Origin: Camelus ferus
Taxonomy: Eukaryota
Assembly (NCBI RefSeq): GCF_009834535.1
Contig: NC_045697.1
Location: 32,924,001-32,988,000, forward strand
Direction: 5' to 3'
Length of the DNA stretch: 64,000 nt
Shown here: positions 27,101-39,484 of the stretch, piece after piece
Numbering within the stretch: position 1 is the stretch's first letter
Layout of the letters: every line of letters starts with the position of its first letter
The notes under the pieces: generated by a model
The model's input: the letters and a program-made list of their open reading frames with translations, nothing else
The model's database searches: none
What the model was told of the DNA's origin: nothing
Position numbers and translations under genes: made by a program

Positions 27101-27159
27101 ATAGCATTGGCAACTAAGAAAAAAAGTAGATATCAAGTAAGCATAACAAAAGGGAGCAG

Positions 27160-27350
27160 AATTATAATTTTAGCATCCATTGAAGTAGTATTTAAGGCAA
27201 AACATGGCATATGAAAGAAGGATCATTATATATTAATAAATGTTGCAATCCTAAGTGAAAATATAGTGGTCATGGACTTTTATGCACTGATTAGCTGAGT
27301 AGTAGTCTTTGACACACTACTATCCATCTTTGTCAGATTAAGTACATGAA
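27160..27350 (+). mobile_element. Very old L1 ORF2 endonuclease fragment
   Basis: TTTAAGGCAAAA...AAAGAAGGATCATTATATATTAATAAA...TTTTATGCAC (KEGHYI and NxYAP-like). Confidence 0.5.
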
Positions 27351-28149
27351 AAATTTAGTTAAGCCTTGCTTTGAAAGATTCAGATGAAAATTTGAATGAT
27401 GGAAAGCAGACAAGGTGTATGCATTATTTTCAATTAGTTAAAGGGTGATATATGAAGTTCAAATTATCTTTGCATGGTTAAAGTATAGAGATAGATAAAG
27501 ATAAAGCTCCTCGATTATTGAAGGGTTTTATTAGAGGCTTTAATTTGAGTGTATGGACATTTAGCAGGCAAATTGACGTGTGAGGAACATTCACTCTGAA
27601 CTAGAGAGAATGAATAGTACAGAACAGAGGCTGAAAGGAAAATCAGGATTTGACTGTTGTGATGCCTTAAAGAATGATGAGGACTGATACTGGGTTATAG
27701 AAGATCTGAACTATATTGTGAAAGGATCAGTGGTAGATTGCATGGACTACATGCGACTAACTGGCAAAACCTCATTAATCAATGGAAATTTTCAATGTAA
27801 TTTTGGCTCATAATTGAGTCTGTTTTATTATAATCAGCTCCCACCAAGTTCAGTTCTGATTCACTTGCAGGTCTGTTTCCCCCCAAATGCTGAGACATCT
27901 ATGTCTGATTACTTTTTCCTATTAGAATTTATGCAGGAATGAGGTTAGCCTGGCCAGTGAATTCTTCAGGGTCCAGTTCTTTTAATTGCTAGAAAAACAC
28001 ATTTTACAAGATGAAAAGCATTTCTCATAACTTGACACAGATATTTTTCAGATTATCCTGAAGATACAGCTTAACAAAGCTTTAGGTCCCTAGAAAATAA
28101 TTCATGAGTTTAGTATGTCAGAGGGAGCTAAAAATAACTGTAAAACACA

Positions 28150-28604
28150 TAATTATATGGTAACTCTATGTTTATATATAACTGTGAGGAAATGCCAGAC
28201 TATTTTCCAAAGTGGTTGCACCATTTTACAGTCCTACCAGCAGTGTATGAGTTTTCTGATCAATTTAACCATAGTCTTGCTATAAAGTTTATCATATGAC
28301 TTTTTGCTTATATCCCTTCTAGTGTGTGATGTGGTATCTCATGGTTTTGATTTACATTTTCCTGATGAGTAACTATGTTAAACATCTTTTCATGTGCTTA
28401 GTGGCCATTTTACATATCTTTTTAGAGAAATACTTATTCATCTCCTTTGCCCACTTAAACATGTGGTTGTTTGTCCTTCTATTATTGAGTTGTAAGAGTT
28501 ATTTATACATTCTAGATACAAGGCCCTTATCAGATATGATTTGAAAATATTTTATCACATTCTGTGAATTGTCTTTTCATTTTCTTCATCGTAGCCTTTG
28601 AAGC
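28150..28604 (-). mobile_element. L1MB-type ORF2 C-terminal fragment (inverted part)
   Basis: ATATGGTAACTCTATGTTT...TGCCAGACTATTTTCCAAAGTGGTTGCACCATTTTACA...CATCTTTTCATGTGCTT...TAGATACAAGGCCCTTATCAGATA. ORF 28326-28544 is its antisense read. Confidence 0.9.
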
Positions 28605-28695
28605 ATTCTACTCCTAGGTATAAATGTAAAATAAATGAAAACATATGTCCACACAAAACTTGCACATGAATGTCTGTAGTAGTATTTTCCATATT
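28605..28695 (+). mobile_element. L1MB-type fragment (sense part continuing the inverted piece)
   Basis: ATTCTACTCCTAGGTATA...AATGAAAACATATGTCCACACAAAACTTGCACATGAATGT. Confidence 0.8.
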
Positions 28696-28702
28696 TCCAA
28701 TG

Positions 28703-28745
28703 TTATAGCGTGCAGGAGGTCCTGGGTTCAATCTTGAGTACCTCC

Positions 28746-28750
<5 letters not shown>
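28703..28750 (+). mobile_element. 5'-truncated tRNA-Ala-derived SINE (Vic-1-like)
   Basis: TAGCGTGCAGGAGGTCCTGGGTTCAATCTTGAGTACCTCCA matches the 3' half (B box) of the SINEs at 29890 and 39359. Confidence 0.75.

Positions 28751-28794
<44 letters not shown>
28751..28794. repeat. (TA)22 microsatellite
   Basis: Seen directly. Confidence 0.95.
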
Positions 28795-28797
<3 letters not shown>

Positions 28798-28799
28798 AA

Positions 28800-31700
28800 A
28801 ATCAATGATAAAAATTTTTCAAGATAGTCAAGGAAGAAAACACAGTAATCTACAAAGAAATTCCCATTAGACTATAAGCAGATTTCTCAGCAGAAACTGT
28901 AGGTCAGGAGAGAGTGGAATGACATACTCAAAATACTGAAAGATAAAAACTGACAGCCGAGAATACTCTATACAGTAAAGTTATTCTTCAGATGTGAAAA
29001 AGAAATAAAGGTTTTCCCAGTCAAGCAAAAGCTGAGGGATTCATTACAACTAGACTTGCATTACAAAACATGTTGAAAGGAGCTCTTCTACATGAAATGA
29101 AAAGAGAAAACCACTAAGGTGATCAATAGGTAGACAGAATAAGAAAATTGCAACTCTACTCTATAGAAAAATAGGTTGTTAAACACTTAACTAAAAACAT
29201 AAAAGTTAAAGGGAAAAATTAAAAATAACTATAGCTACTTCAATTTGATAACAGACTCAAAACATAAAAGGTATAATTTGTGATAACAGGAATGTAAAAG
29301 AGGAAGAGGTAAAGGATGGAACATGTATAGGCAAATGAAGCTAAGATGCTATTGGCAGAAAAAGGAGTATTTATCTTTGAGTCATTTTATAGAAACCTCA
29401 TGTAACCACAAATAAAAATCTACATCTGAGACACAAAACATAAAAAAGAGGAAACTGAGAAAAATATCATGAAAATCATCAAACTAAAGTGGCGGACAAA
29501 AACACAAGGAAAAAAGAAATAATAGAGATATGGAGCAACCAGAAAACAAAAGATAAAATGGCAATACTAAGTCCCCATTTATCTAGAATCACCCTAAATG
29601 TAAATGGATTTAATTCATCAATCAAAAGACACAGAGTGGCTGGCTGGATTAAAAAACAAAAAACAACCATATGCTGCCTCTCAGGGACTGACTTGTCTCA
29701 TCTCTAAAGATAAATATAGACACAAAATGAAGGGATGAAAGATAATACTCCAAGCAAATGGCAGCCAAAACAAAGCAGGTATAGCCATACTCATGTCAGA
29801 CAAAATCAACTTGAAGCCAAAAAAGGGAAAAAGGACAAAGATGGACACTTTATAATGATAGAGGGGGAAATCCATTAAGAAGACATAAGGGGGAGTGTAT
29901 AGCTCAAGTGGCAGAGTGCATGCTTAGCATACACAAGGTCCTGGGTTCAATCCCCAGTGCCTCCTCTAAAAATAAATAAATAAGTAAACCTAATTGCCTC
30001 CCCCACAAAAAAAAATAAAAAATAAATAAAAACAAAAAGAAAAAATAAGACATCAGATTTATTAGTATATATGTACATACCATAGGAGCATTAAAATATA
30101 TAAAGCAATTACTGAGAGACTTAAAGGTAGAAATTGACAGAAATACAATAATAGTAGGGGACTTTAATACCCCACTTACATCAGCGGCTCAATCATCCAG
30201 ACATAATGTGAACTAGAAAACAATGACCTTAAATGAAACATTAGACCAGATGAACTTAAGACATATACAGAACATTTCATCAAAAAAACAGCAAAATTCT
30301 TCTCCAGTGCACATAGAATATTCACAAGGATAGACATATGTTGGGACACAAGCAGATTTCAGTAAATTTAATATTGAAATCATTTCAAGCATCTTTTTTG
30401 ATTACATGATATGAAACTAGAAATCTACTACAAGAAGAAAGCTGAAAAGAATCACAAATATGTAAACCTAAACAACATGCTACTGAACAACTATTGGCTC
30501 AAGGAAAAAAAAAAAATCAAAGGAAAAATAAAAAGTACTTAAAGACAAATGAAAGTGAAATTACAACATACCAAAATCAATGGGATATGGCAAACCACTA
30601 GTAAGAGGGAAGTTTATAGCAATACAGTTCTACCTCAAGAAACAAGAAAAATCTCAAATAAACAATCTAACCTTACACCTAAAGGAACTAAAAAAGAAGA
30701 ACAAATGAAGCTTAAAATCAGTAGAGAAAAGGAAATAATAAAGACTACACTGAAATAAATGAAACAGAGACTAAAAAGACTAGAAAAGATCAATGAAACT
30801 AAGAGCTGGTTCTTTGAAAAGAAAAGTAAAATTGACAAAACTTTAGTTAGCTTCACTAAGGGGGAAAAAAAAAGAACGAAGGCTCAGATTAAAAAAAAAA
30901 AAAAAAAAAAACTGAAACAAAAGAGAAGTTACAATGGATACCCCAGAATTACAAAGGTGTATGTGACCATTATGAACAGGTATACACTAATAAATTGGGC
31001 AATCTAGAAGAAATGGATAAATTCTTAGAATCATAAAATCTTCCAAGACAGAATCATGAAGAAGTAGAAAATCTGAATGGACTGATCACTAGTAAGAAGA
31101 TTGAAACACTAATTAGAAACCTCCCAAAAAACAAAAGTCCAGGGCCAGATGGCTTAACTGGTGAATTCTACCAAATATTCAGAGATTTACTACATAAACT
31201 TCTCAAACTCTTGTAAAATAATTGAAGAGGAGGGATGCTTCCAAACATAAAGCCAACATTATTCTGATAACAAAACTAGACATGGACAACACACACACAC
31301 ACAAATTACAGGCCAGCATCTCTGATAAACATAGATGCAAAAATTCCCAACAAATTATTAGCAAACCAAACACAACAATACATTAAAAGGATCATAACCA
31401 TGGCATTTATTACAGGATGTAAGGATGGTTCAACATCTTCAAATCAGTCAGTGTGATATACCACATTAATAAAATAAAGACCATATGATTATATCAATAG
31501 TTGCAGAAAAAGCATTTGACAAGACTCAGCATCCATGTATAATTAACACTCTCAATAAAATGTGTATAGAAGGAATATACCTCAACATAATAAAGACCAC
31601 ACATGACAAATCTACAGCTAACATCATATTCAATATTGCAAAACTGAATGCTATCCCTCTAAGATCAGAAAGATAGCAAGGGTGCCCACTCTTGCCACTT

Positions 31701-33752
31701 TATTCAACATAGTATTGGAAATCCTAGCCAGAGCAATTTGGCAAGTGAAAGAAATAAATAGCATCCAAATTGGAAAAGAAGGCATAAAACTGCCAGTATG
31801 TGCATATGACATAATATTACATGTAGAAAATGCTAAAGACTCTAACAAAAATTATTAGAAATAATAAACCAATACAGTAAAGTTGCAGGATACAAAATCA
31901 ATATACAACTATTTTACTTCTGTACATTAACAATGAGCTGGCAGAAAGAGAAATTAAGAATGCAATCCATGTACAGTTGCAACAAAATAATAAAATATCA
32001 AGGGATAAATTTAAAGGGATGAAAGACCTGTACGCTGAAAACTATAAGACATGCTGAAGGGAACTGAAGAAGATGAAAAGAAATGGAAAGTTAATTTGTA
32101 CTCGTGGACTAGAATTAATATTATTGAAATATCCATATTACCTAAAGCAATCTACAGTCAGTGCAATCCTCATCAAAATACTAATGGCATTTTTCACAGA
32201 AATAGAACAAAAAATTCTAAAATTGATATGGAACCACAAAAGACCACAAATAGCCAGAGCAATCCTGGGAAAACAATAACAAAGCTAGAGGTATCATACT
32301 CCTTGATTTCAAATTTTACTACAAAGCTATAGTAATCAAAACAACATGGCATTGGTAGAAAAAGATCAATGGAACAGCATTGAGAGCTGATAAATAAACC
32401 TAAATATATATATAAAATTTACAACAAAGGAGCCAAGAACATACAATGGAGAAAGGAAAGTCTTCAATGCTTGATGTTGGGAAAAACAGATAGCCACATG
32501 CAAAAGAATGAAACTAGACCACTGTCTTAAACTATACACAAAAATAAACTGAAAATAGACTAACCACTTGAGTTTAAGACCTGAAACCGTAAACCCCCAA
32601 CAAGAAATCATAGGCAGTATGCTCTTTGACATCAGTCTCAGCAATATCTTTTGTGCTATGTCTCCTCAGGCAAGGGAAACAAGAGCAAAAAAAAAACAAA
32701 AAACAAAGCCACAAATGGGACTGCATCCAACTAAAATGTTACTGTGCAGAAAAGGAAAGCATCAACAAAACAGAGACAAACCACCAAATAGAAGATGTTT
32801 GCAAATTACATATCTGATAAGGAGTTAATATTCAAAAATATATAAAGAACTGATACAACTCAACAACAACAAAACACATAACTTGGTTAAAAAATGGGAA
32901 GAAGATATGAATAGATATTTTTCCAAAGAAGACATACAGATGGCCAACAAGTATAGTGGTTCAAGACCACTAATTATTGGGGAAATGCAAGTCAAAACCA
33001 CAATAAATATCATATCTATTAGAATGGCTATTATCAAAAATACAAGAAATAACAAGTGTTGGAGAGGATGTGGAAAAAAGGAACAGTGGTATACTGTTGG
33101 TGGGAATGTAAATTGGTGTAACCACTATGAAAAAAAGTATGGAAAGTCCTCAAAAAATTAAGAATATAATACCATATATAAATACCATATGACCCAGCTG
33201 TTTCACTACTGGGTATTTTCTGAAGAATATGAAAACACTAATTTGTAAAGATATATGCATCTTATGTTCACTGCAGCATCATTTATAATAACCAAGATAT
33301 AGAAACAACCTAAGTGCCCATTGATGGATCAATGGATAAAGAAGATGTGTATATATAATGGAATATTGCTCAGCCATAAAAAAGATGAAATCTTTTCATT
33401 TGCTTCAACATGAATGGACCTTTTATACTATTATGCTAAGTTAAATAAATCAGACAGAGAAAGACAAATATCATGTGGTTTTACACATGTGGAATATAAA
33501 AATAAATAAATAAACCAGCAAACAAAACAAAAGAAAGCAAATACATAGATACAGAAAACAGACTGGTGGTTACTGAAGGAAAATGATGGTGGGAGGTGGG
33601 CAAAATGGGTAAAGGGAGTCAATTGTATGTTGATGGATGGAACCTCATCTTTTGGTGGTGAGTACACTGTAGTATATACAGAAGTCAAATTCTAATGCTG
33701 CATACATGAACTCTGTATAATGTTATAAGCCAAGGTTACTTCAATCGAAAAA
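28800..33752 (+). mobile_element. 5'-truncated, inactivated L1: ORF1 C-terminus, inter-ORF spacer, ORF2 pseudogene (ATG at 29558), 3'UTR
   Basis: ORF2 start MAILSPHLSRITLNVNGFNSSIKRHRVAGWIKKQ, KINETKSWFFEK, AEKAFDKTQHP, QGCPL (~31678), decayed FADD (~31800), C-terminal CWRGCG, and a 3'UTR ending TTACTTCAATCGAAAAAA. Many stops and frameshifts. Confidence 0.95.
29890..30046 (+). mobile_element. Full-length tRNA-Ala(AGC)-derived SINE (camelid Vic-1-like) nested in L1 ORF2
   Basis: GGGGAGTGTATAGCTCAAGTGGCAGAGTGCATGCTTAGCATACACAAGGTCCTGGGTTCAATCCCCAGTGCCTCC carries A and B boxes and a TTAGCAT anticodon loop, then an AT-rich body and A tail. TSD is AAGACATAAG (29880-29889) / AAGACATCAG (30047-30056). 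Confidence 0.9.
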
Positions 33753-34348
33753 AGAGAATGTAATAAGGCAACTATATAAAACAAAGCTAAAGAGAGGAGA
33801 AATGATTATGCCATGTGTCATGTCTCATTGAAAGTTGCTGCATTATTCAATTTATTTTTCCACTTTGTGCAGAGAAATCATAATGTGAGTGAGAGATTTT
33901 AATAAGACCGATTGAAAATGACCTAAGTTATTTTACAACACCTGAGGAATTAAAGGATTAAAATACCTTTAAATGGAATTTAGGTAATAGGAAAATTCTA
34001 ATCCTATAATTAAAGTGTTTAAAAATGTTAAATTGAGGAATCATCTAGCTATACATGTTTTGGTATTTAATTTCTTTTTTTAAAAATTCATTTTACAAAG
34101 GCAATCCAAAATATAATTGGAGAGAGATTAGGTATATTAGAGCTTGACAGAAAAGGATCCTTGTGGGAAATACCAGATGTGTTGTTTCGTTTTGTTAGTT
34201 TATTTTATTTGACTTTGGTTTGCAGAGTTACTAAAATTGAACATTTTGATATTCAGGATAAGCAATCATCAACTTCTTTGTAATTAAGTCTATGGATGAC
34301 CCCTTAAAATAAACACGTATGAACACAAATGATCTAGACAAAACCAGT

Positions 34349-34384
34349 ATTGCTTCTTGGCCTTTTGGCTAAGATGAAGTGTAG
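34349..34384 (+). pseudogene. RNU2: 3'-truncated (tailless) U2 snRNA retropseudogene, nt ~1-36
   Basis: ATTGCTTCTTGGCCTTTTGGCTAAGATGAAGTGTAG vs U2 5' end ATCGCTTCTCGGCCTTTTGGCTAAGATCAAGTGTAG: 3 differences, two of them CpG to TpG. Perfect TSD TAGACAAAACCAGT at 34335-34348 and 34382-34395. Confidence 0.95.
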
Positions 34385-34899
34385 ACAAAACCAGTGATTT
34401 AAAAATATGTTACTTGATCTATCTTCAACAAAGAAGCAAGTATTTATATACTATGACACCTAAAGCATGTTTAAAATATTGGTCAACCAAAACACATTTA
34501 AGAAAACAGTTGCTTCTCAAACCTGTTGCAATAATCTAACAATTGTTTTTAATTTTTTAACTTCCCAACATTCATCATATGTAAGTTTATTTTGTATAAT
34601 TGTAATTATGTGTGTGTGTTTGTATGAATAGGTTCTTTGATAGATTTTTTTCAAAGAATACATTATATGAAAATTTTAATTCCAATATCCTGTCTTCATA
34701 TTTCTATTCCACAGAGGATTCATAAAATGACTTTGAATGAAAGCATCTACTTTACAATTTATTGTATGATTTCCCAATGTTTAAATAGTATCTGATTAGT
34801 GTTTTTATTATAAATAATTTTTAAGAACATCCTTAAACACAAGAAATGTTTTTTAATAGCTAAAATTCATTTTCCTCTAAGCATGTTTCAGACACTAAG

Positions 34900-35075
34900 T
34901 TTCAGTTATTTACACGTTTATTTTTCACAACAATCACATTGAACTGGTGCTGTTACAATATTCATTTTATAGATAAGATAACTGATGTCCACAGGTACCA
35001 AGTAACTTGCCCACAGTGACACAGCAGTACGTATGGAGCTAAAATACAAACTAAGCATGACTCCTGAATCTGTAT
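34900..35075 (-). mobile_element. MIR SINE
   Basis: CATTTTATAGATAAGATAACTGATG...AAGTAACTTGCCCACAGTGACACAGC, the antisense MIR core. Confidence 0.8.
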
Positions 35076-38000
35076 ATCTCAATTGTCAAGTTATAGTGCA
35101 TTTCCATATTGTACACAAAAAGATAGAAATTATTATGATCTGATAAGCATTTACACACTATCTCCCAAAAATAATGACACAGCTTTGCACAGCTTCTAGC
35201 ATTATTTGAATATACTATACCTTGTGAGGAGGTACTACCTGAGGACCTGAATAACATGTCAAAGAAAGGATTTAGATAAGTACAGATAGAATATTGACAT
35301 ACTTTGAGTTGCTGGATACATACAAAGAATAACATTTCTTATATGCAGTTGGTATTATCAGTTAAATGAAGCTGGGCCATTAAAGAACCCATAAGTGACT
35401 GTCAAACAGATGTTGTGATTTCTAAAGAGAACATTTTCAGTTGGTTCTAAGACTGATGTGAAACTGAATTTTAAATATTAAAATGTCATAGTGGTATTAG
35501 AGGCTACAACTGGGATTGTTATATGTGATGTTACTGGTGGGAAAGGAAAAGATATCTACTCAGAGGAACATAGCAAAGAAAAGACAGCAGTGTGATTCCT
35601 GAACTCTCACTTGAATTTATGGAAATTAAACTCTGTATTAGACATGTCTGGTTGAAAGTAATAGAACTCAACCCACACTGATTTTTTTAAGTGGTATTTA
35701 ATTGTTTCTTCTCTTGAAAGCAGCAGTTTAGACAATATTTTCTGGACTAGTTTTTACTCACTTTGTTTGCAGTTCTTTTTTTTTTTTTTCCTCCTCATGG
35801 TTGTCTCTGTTCTCAAGCAACAGATAGCTCTGTTCTCAATGCCTCAGTTCATTCCTGGAGCTCCAGCTATAGCACAGATTGGCCTTGGGTCACAGGCCCA
35901 CTGTTAGATAGCCACAGATTAACTCTGGCCAAAACATAAGGACTGACAGTGATGGGTAGGTAGTTCTCAGAAGTAAATTGCCAAACAAGAGTTTACATTG
36001 AAGAAACAAAAACAATGAGCGCATACCCTCTGGTCCTCCATACTTTGTTTTGCTTCCAGTACAGTTCCTTACATTGTTTTTCAAATGACAGTATTAATCA
36101 TTTTGTTTTGTTCTTCAAAATCCTTCACTCAATAAATCATTTTCATTCATTCACTAGATCATTTGTAATTCAGTAGATCTTTTCCTATGCTTTTAGATGG
36201 GAACCTAACATCCTTCAGAGAAGACGTCTAGCAATCATTCCAGCTTCATTTTCAGCTGTACCTTGTTCTATATTCTACAATCAACACAACAGGACTTACT
36301 TGGCTACTATATGGCAGCTTGACCTGGTCTGCTCTTTTCACCAATTACAACTTACTTTTCTCCTAAGCTCCTCTAAAGTAAAGCGTGCTTTCTCACCATT
36401 CATTCTGCATTCTGGAACAGAACAACGGATAAGCATTCTGTGAAATCACTGATTCAGAGAACGTTGCCCTTCCTTTCTGTCATTAATGAATATATAATGT
36501 TAAGTTTAAAATTTTAGCTCTTCAAAGGATTCAGAGCAAACTTCGTGCTGTCCGTTAGAATGATTGTGGACTGATGGCTCCAATGCTTTAGTCTTGTAGC
36601 CTTCTTCGCTTCTATCAGCTTTTGAACCTGGTCTGATCTCAGTCTTTCTGTTTTTGCAATTTCCTGTTTCTTATTTAAGCATTTTTATTTCAGTAGCCTG
36701 GCATCTGACTCAAGTCAAATCATGAATTCTACCTCTGCTCTTTGAAATGAGTATGCTTTCCCAAAATTTCAATTTAGATTTTAATATGGTAGATAATAGG
36801 ATTTCAATGCTTTGGTAGGTTTTTAAATCTCTGAATTAAAATATTTATTATATTAAAGAATATTAGGTTGTTTACTTAAAGTCAAGTCTTTAACTATCCC
36901 AAAGCAATATATTCTTATGAAATCTGAATTTTAAAACCAGTTCTAACTCCAACATCAACTTTGTCTTTACCATAAATAATATCTGATACCAAATCTTTAT
37001 GACATATGTAATGAAATTGTATACATGCATATCATGTATGGTGGTACATATATATAGCTCATATATAATCTATACATCTGCTTATGTGTAGATACATGTT
37101 GAAATTAAGGAGGTAGCCTTATTTATACAGAGTCATAAAACAAGATAGTGTGGGAACTGGAAATAGAGTTTATGTCTCCAAATCCTTAGTCAAATCTCCC
37201 TTTCATATTGTATATTGGTTTTCAATAATTTCAAATTTCATATTAAAGAAATAATCAAAGGAGTCTATGTTCTTTAATAGGCAGCCATTTTAAATACCAC
37301 TTGTTATTCTCTACTATGCTTTAATTTTATCTCTAAATATCAGTAGCTTTGACCATGTACTTGTAGCTGAAATACAAGGCATAATCCAGAACAAGAGTTT
37401 GAAGATCCATAAGCACTCATACCTCCACACAATTGCCTTTGTTCTGTGACTCTTCTTTCTCTCAGACACACAAACACACAGATTTTTTTCATATCTAACA
37501 CAGACACACACACACACACGCACTATGACCATAAGAGCTAATCTTGCTAGATATTTTAAAGGCAGTCCTTAATATCCCTAAATTCTCATTTAAAATATTT
37601 TCCCTGCTTTGATTACTTAATTAACTAACTGTGTGGCTTTGTATTTTATAATTTTACTGATTATAGTGACAATAATTATGATGACTGGCAAATATAACAA
37701 GAATAATGAAGATGACTCTGGAGATGACACTTCCAAAGTAAAATATAAGGGCAGTTTTTGGTTAGGTCAAAATAATATGTTAACTTGATCACTATATTAA
37801 TTAATTCCCATCATTTTTAACAATCTCTAGTTATCTTTCCAGATGATTGTGTAAAAACAGTTACATACTTTTCAAGATAACATCCAGCTTTATCAAGTTG
37901 CAGCTTTGTATAACTTTATATATGATTAAAGAGTAAAATATTTTAACATTAAAGAGTCAGATATTTAAAACCATTACTAATTTTTAAAGTATTTTATTGA

Positions 38001-39170
38001 TTATGAGATCATTTTATCTAGCTGTAAAAATCTTTTGATCTTATAGAATTAAATTTTCATAAGAGAATTACATTTTTAGAACCAAATATATTAAGAATGG
38101 AAATCTATTTTAGTATGTAGCCATCATCCATCTATGTTATAGAGCAATTTAGGAAACTGATTTTTGAAATTCTTCCAATATTGTTTAAGGCATTCAACTT
38201 TTCTACTTTGTTCAGCATCCAGCATAATTGATATGTTTGAGGTTGTATTCCAAAACTCATTCTTTCTAATTGTATTGATTGAATATATATAGAGAGAGAT
38301 TGGTAATCTATGTTTTTCTTGGAATCTAAGTAACAAAGAGGTTAAAAATTCTACCAGTGAAAATATATAACTGGGATTTTTATCATAAAAGGCATTCAGA
38401 CTTCCATTTTAGGAAGCATGTTCATTTCTGTTCTACATTAATTTTATTTTGAAATGAGATATCCTTAGAGCCATTAATAACTTTGTTTTGATACATTTGT
38501 GCACAGAAAATGTCAACTGCTCTTTTTATAAAAGAGTCAGCCAAAAGGAAAAAAAGACAAAACTTCGTTACCCTAATCTTTCCTATCATTACTTTTTTCA
38601 TATTAAGAGTATCTTGAAAATAGCAAAATAGCAGAAATGTAAAATTAGAATCGTAAAATGGGGTTATACTAGAAGTTCCAGAGTTCTATTTAACATGCTT
38701 ACCAAAGTGTTTGGGTTAGGTTGAGTTATACTGATAATGCCAAAACAGGAAATCAAGGATCCACCCAAAGGATCACTAAATTAAAACTTGAATTACAATA
38801 GATGCAAATTTATGCTTATACAATGGTGATTATATTGCATGCAACTTATTTACATATGTGAAGTTGACAGTGATGGTAGTGGGTATTGGCCTTTGGGTAC
38901 TCTTCCCAAACTGCCATACCTAATACAAGTAAACATGGAAATACTTGAACTACTTCCAGTATTTAGAGTTGATTTCATAATAGATTGTCCACAGGGATTA
39001 TATTCATCTTTAATTATATCTAAAATGGCTTGAATTGCTAATCCTACGTGGAGAAACACAATTAGCTGTAAGTCATTAGACCCTACACTGATAGTCTTTA
39101 AACCAGTCAGAAAATCCACATCCTCCTTCACACTTCATGTTTCTGAATTGAACTGGAGGAGAAAGTTACT

Positions 39171-39203
39171 GCACACACACGCACACACGCACACACGCAC
39201 ACA
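39171..39203. repeat. (CA)n/(CACACACG)n compound microsatellite
   Basis: GCACACACACGCACACACGCACACACGCACACA. Confidence 0.9.
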
Positions 39204-39358
39204 AAGAGAATATCCACTGCATAAAAATCCTAATCAATAGGTAATTAATAAAAATAAGGTATAATTAGACTGGAAGGTATAGAAAGCAAAATATTTGCTT
39301 TGTTGAGGGGTTATGATGCCTCTTATGTCCAATATTATAAATATTAAATATGTCTCCA

Positions 39359-39484
39359 GGGGAGTGGGTATAGCTCAGTGGTAAAGAATATGCTTAGCAT
39401 GCAAGAGGTCTTGGGTTAAATCCCCAGTACCTTCATTAAAAAACATTTTGGCACATTGTAACTGACTATACTTCAATAAAGAAA
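39359..39484 (+). mobile_element. tRNA-Ala-derived SINE head joined to an L1 3'-terminal segment
   Basis: GGGGAGTGGGTATAGCTCAGTGGTAAAGAATATGCTTAGCATGCAAGAGGTCTTGGGTTAAATCCCCAGTACCTTCA followed by CACATTGTAACTGACTATACTTCAATAAA. Confidence 0.85.

Noticed and set aside
29890..29965. Possible functional tRNA-Ala gene (also 39359-39436)
   Set aside because: Stems are disrupted, A-rich tails and TSDs are present, and there are several diverged copies, so these are SINEs.
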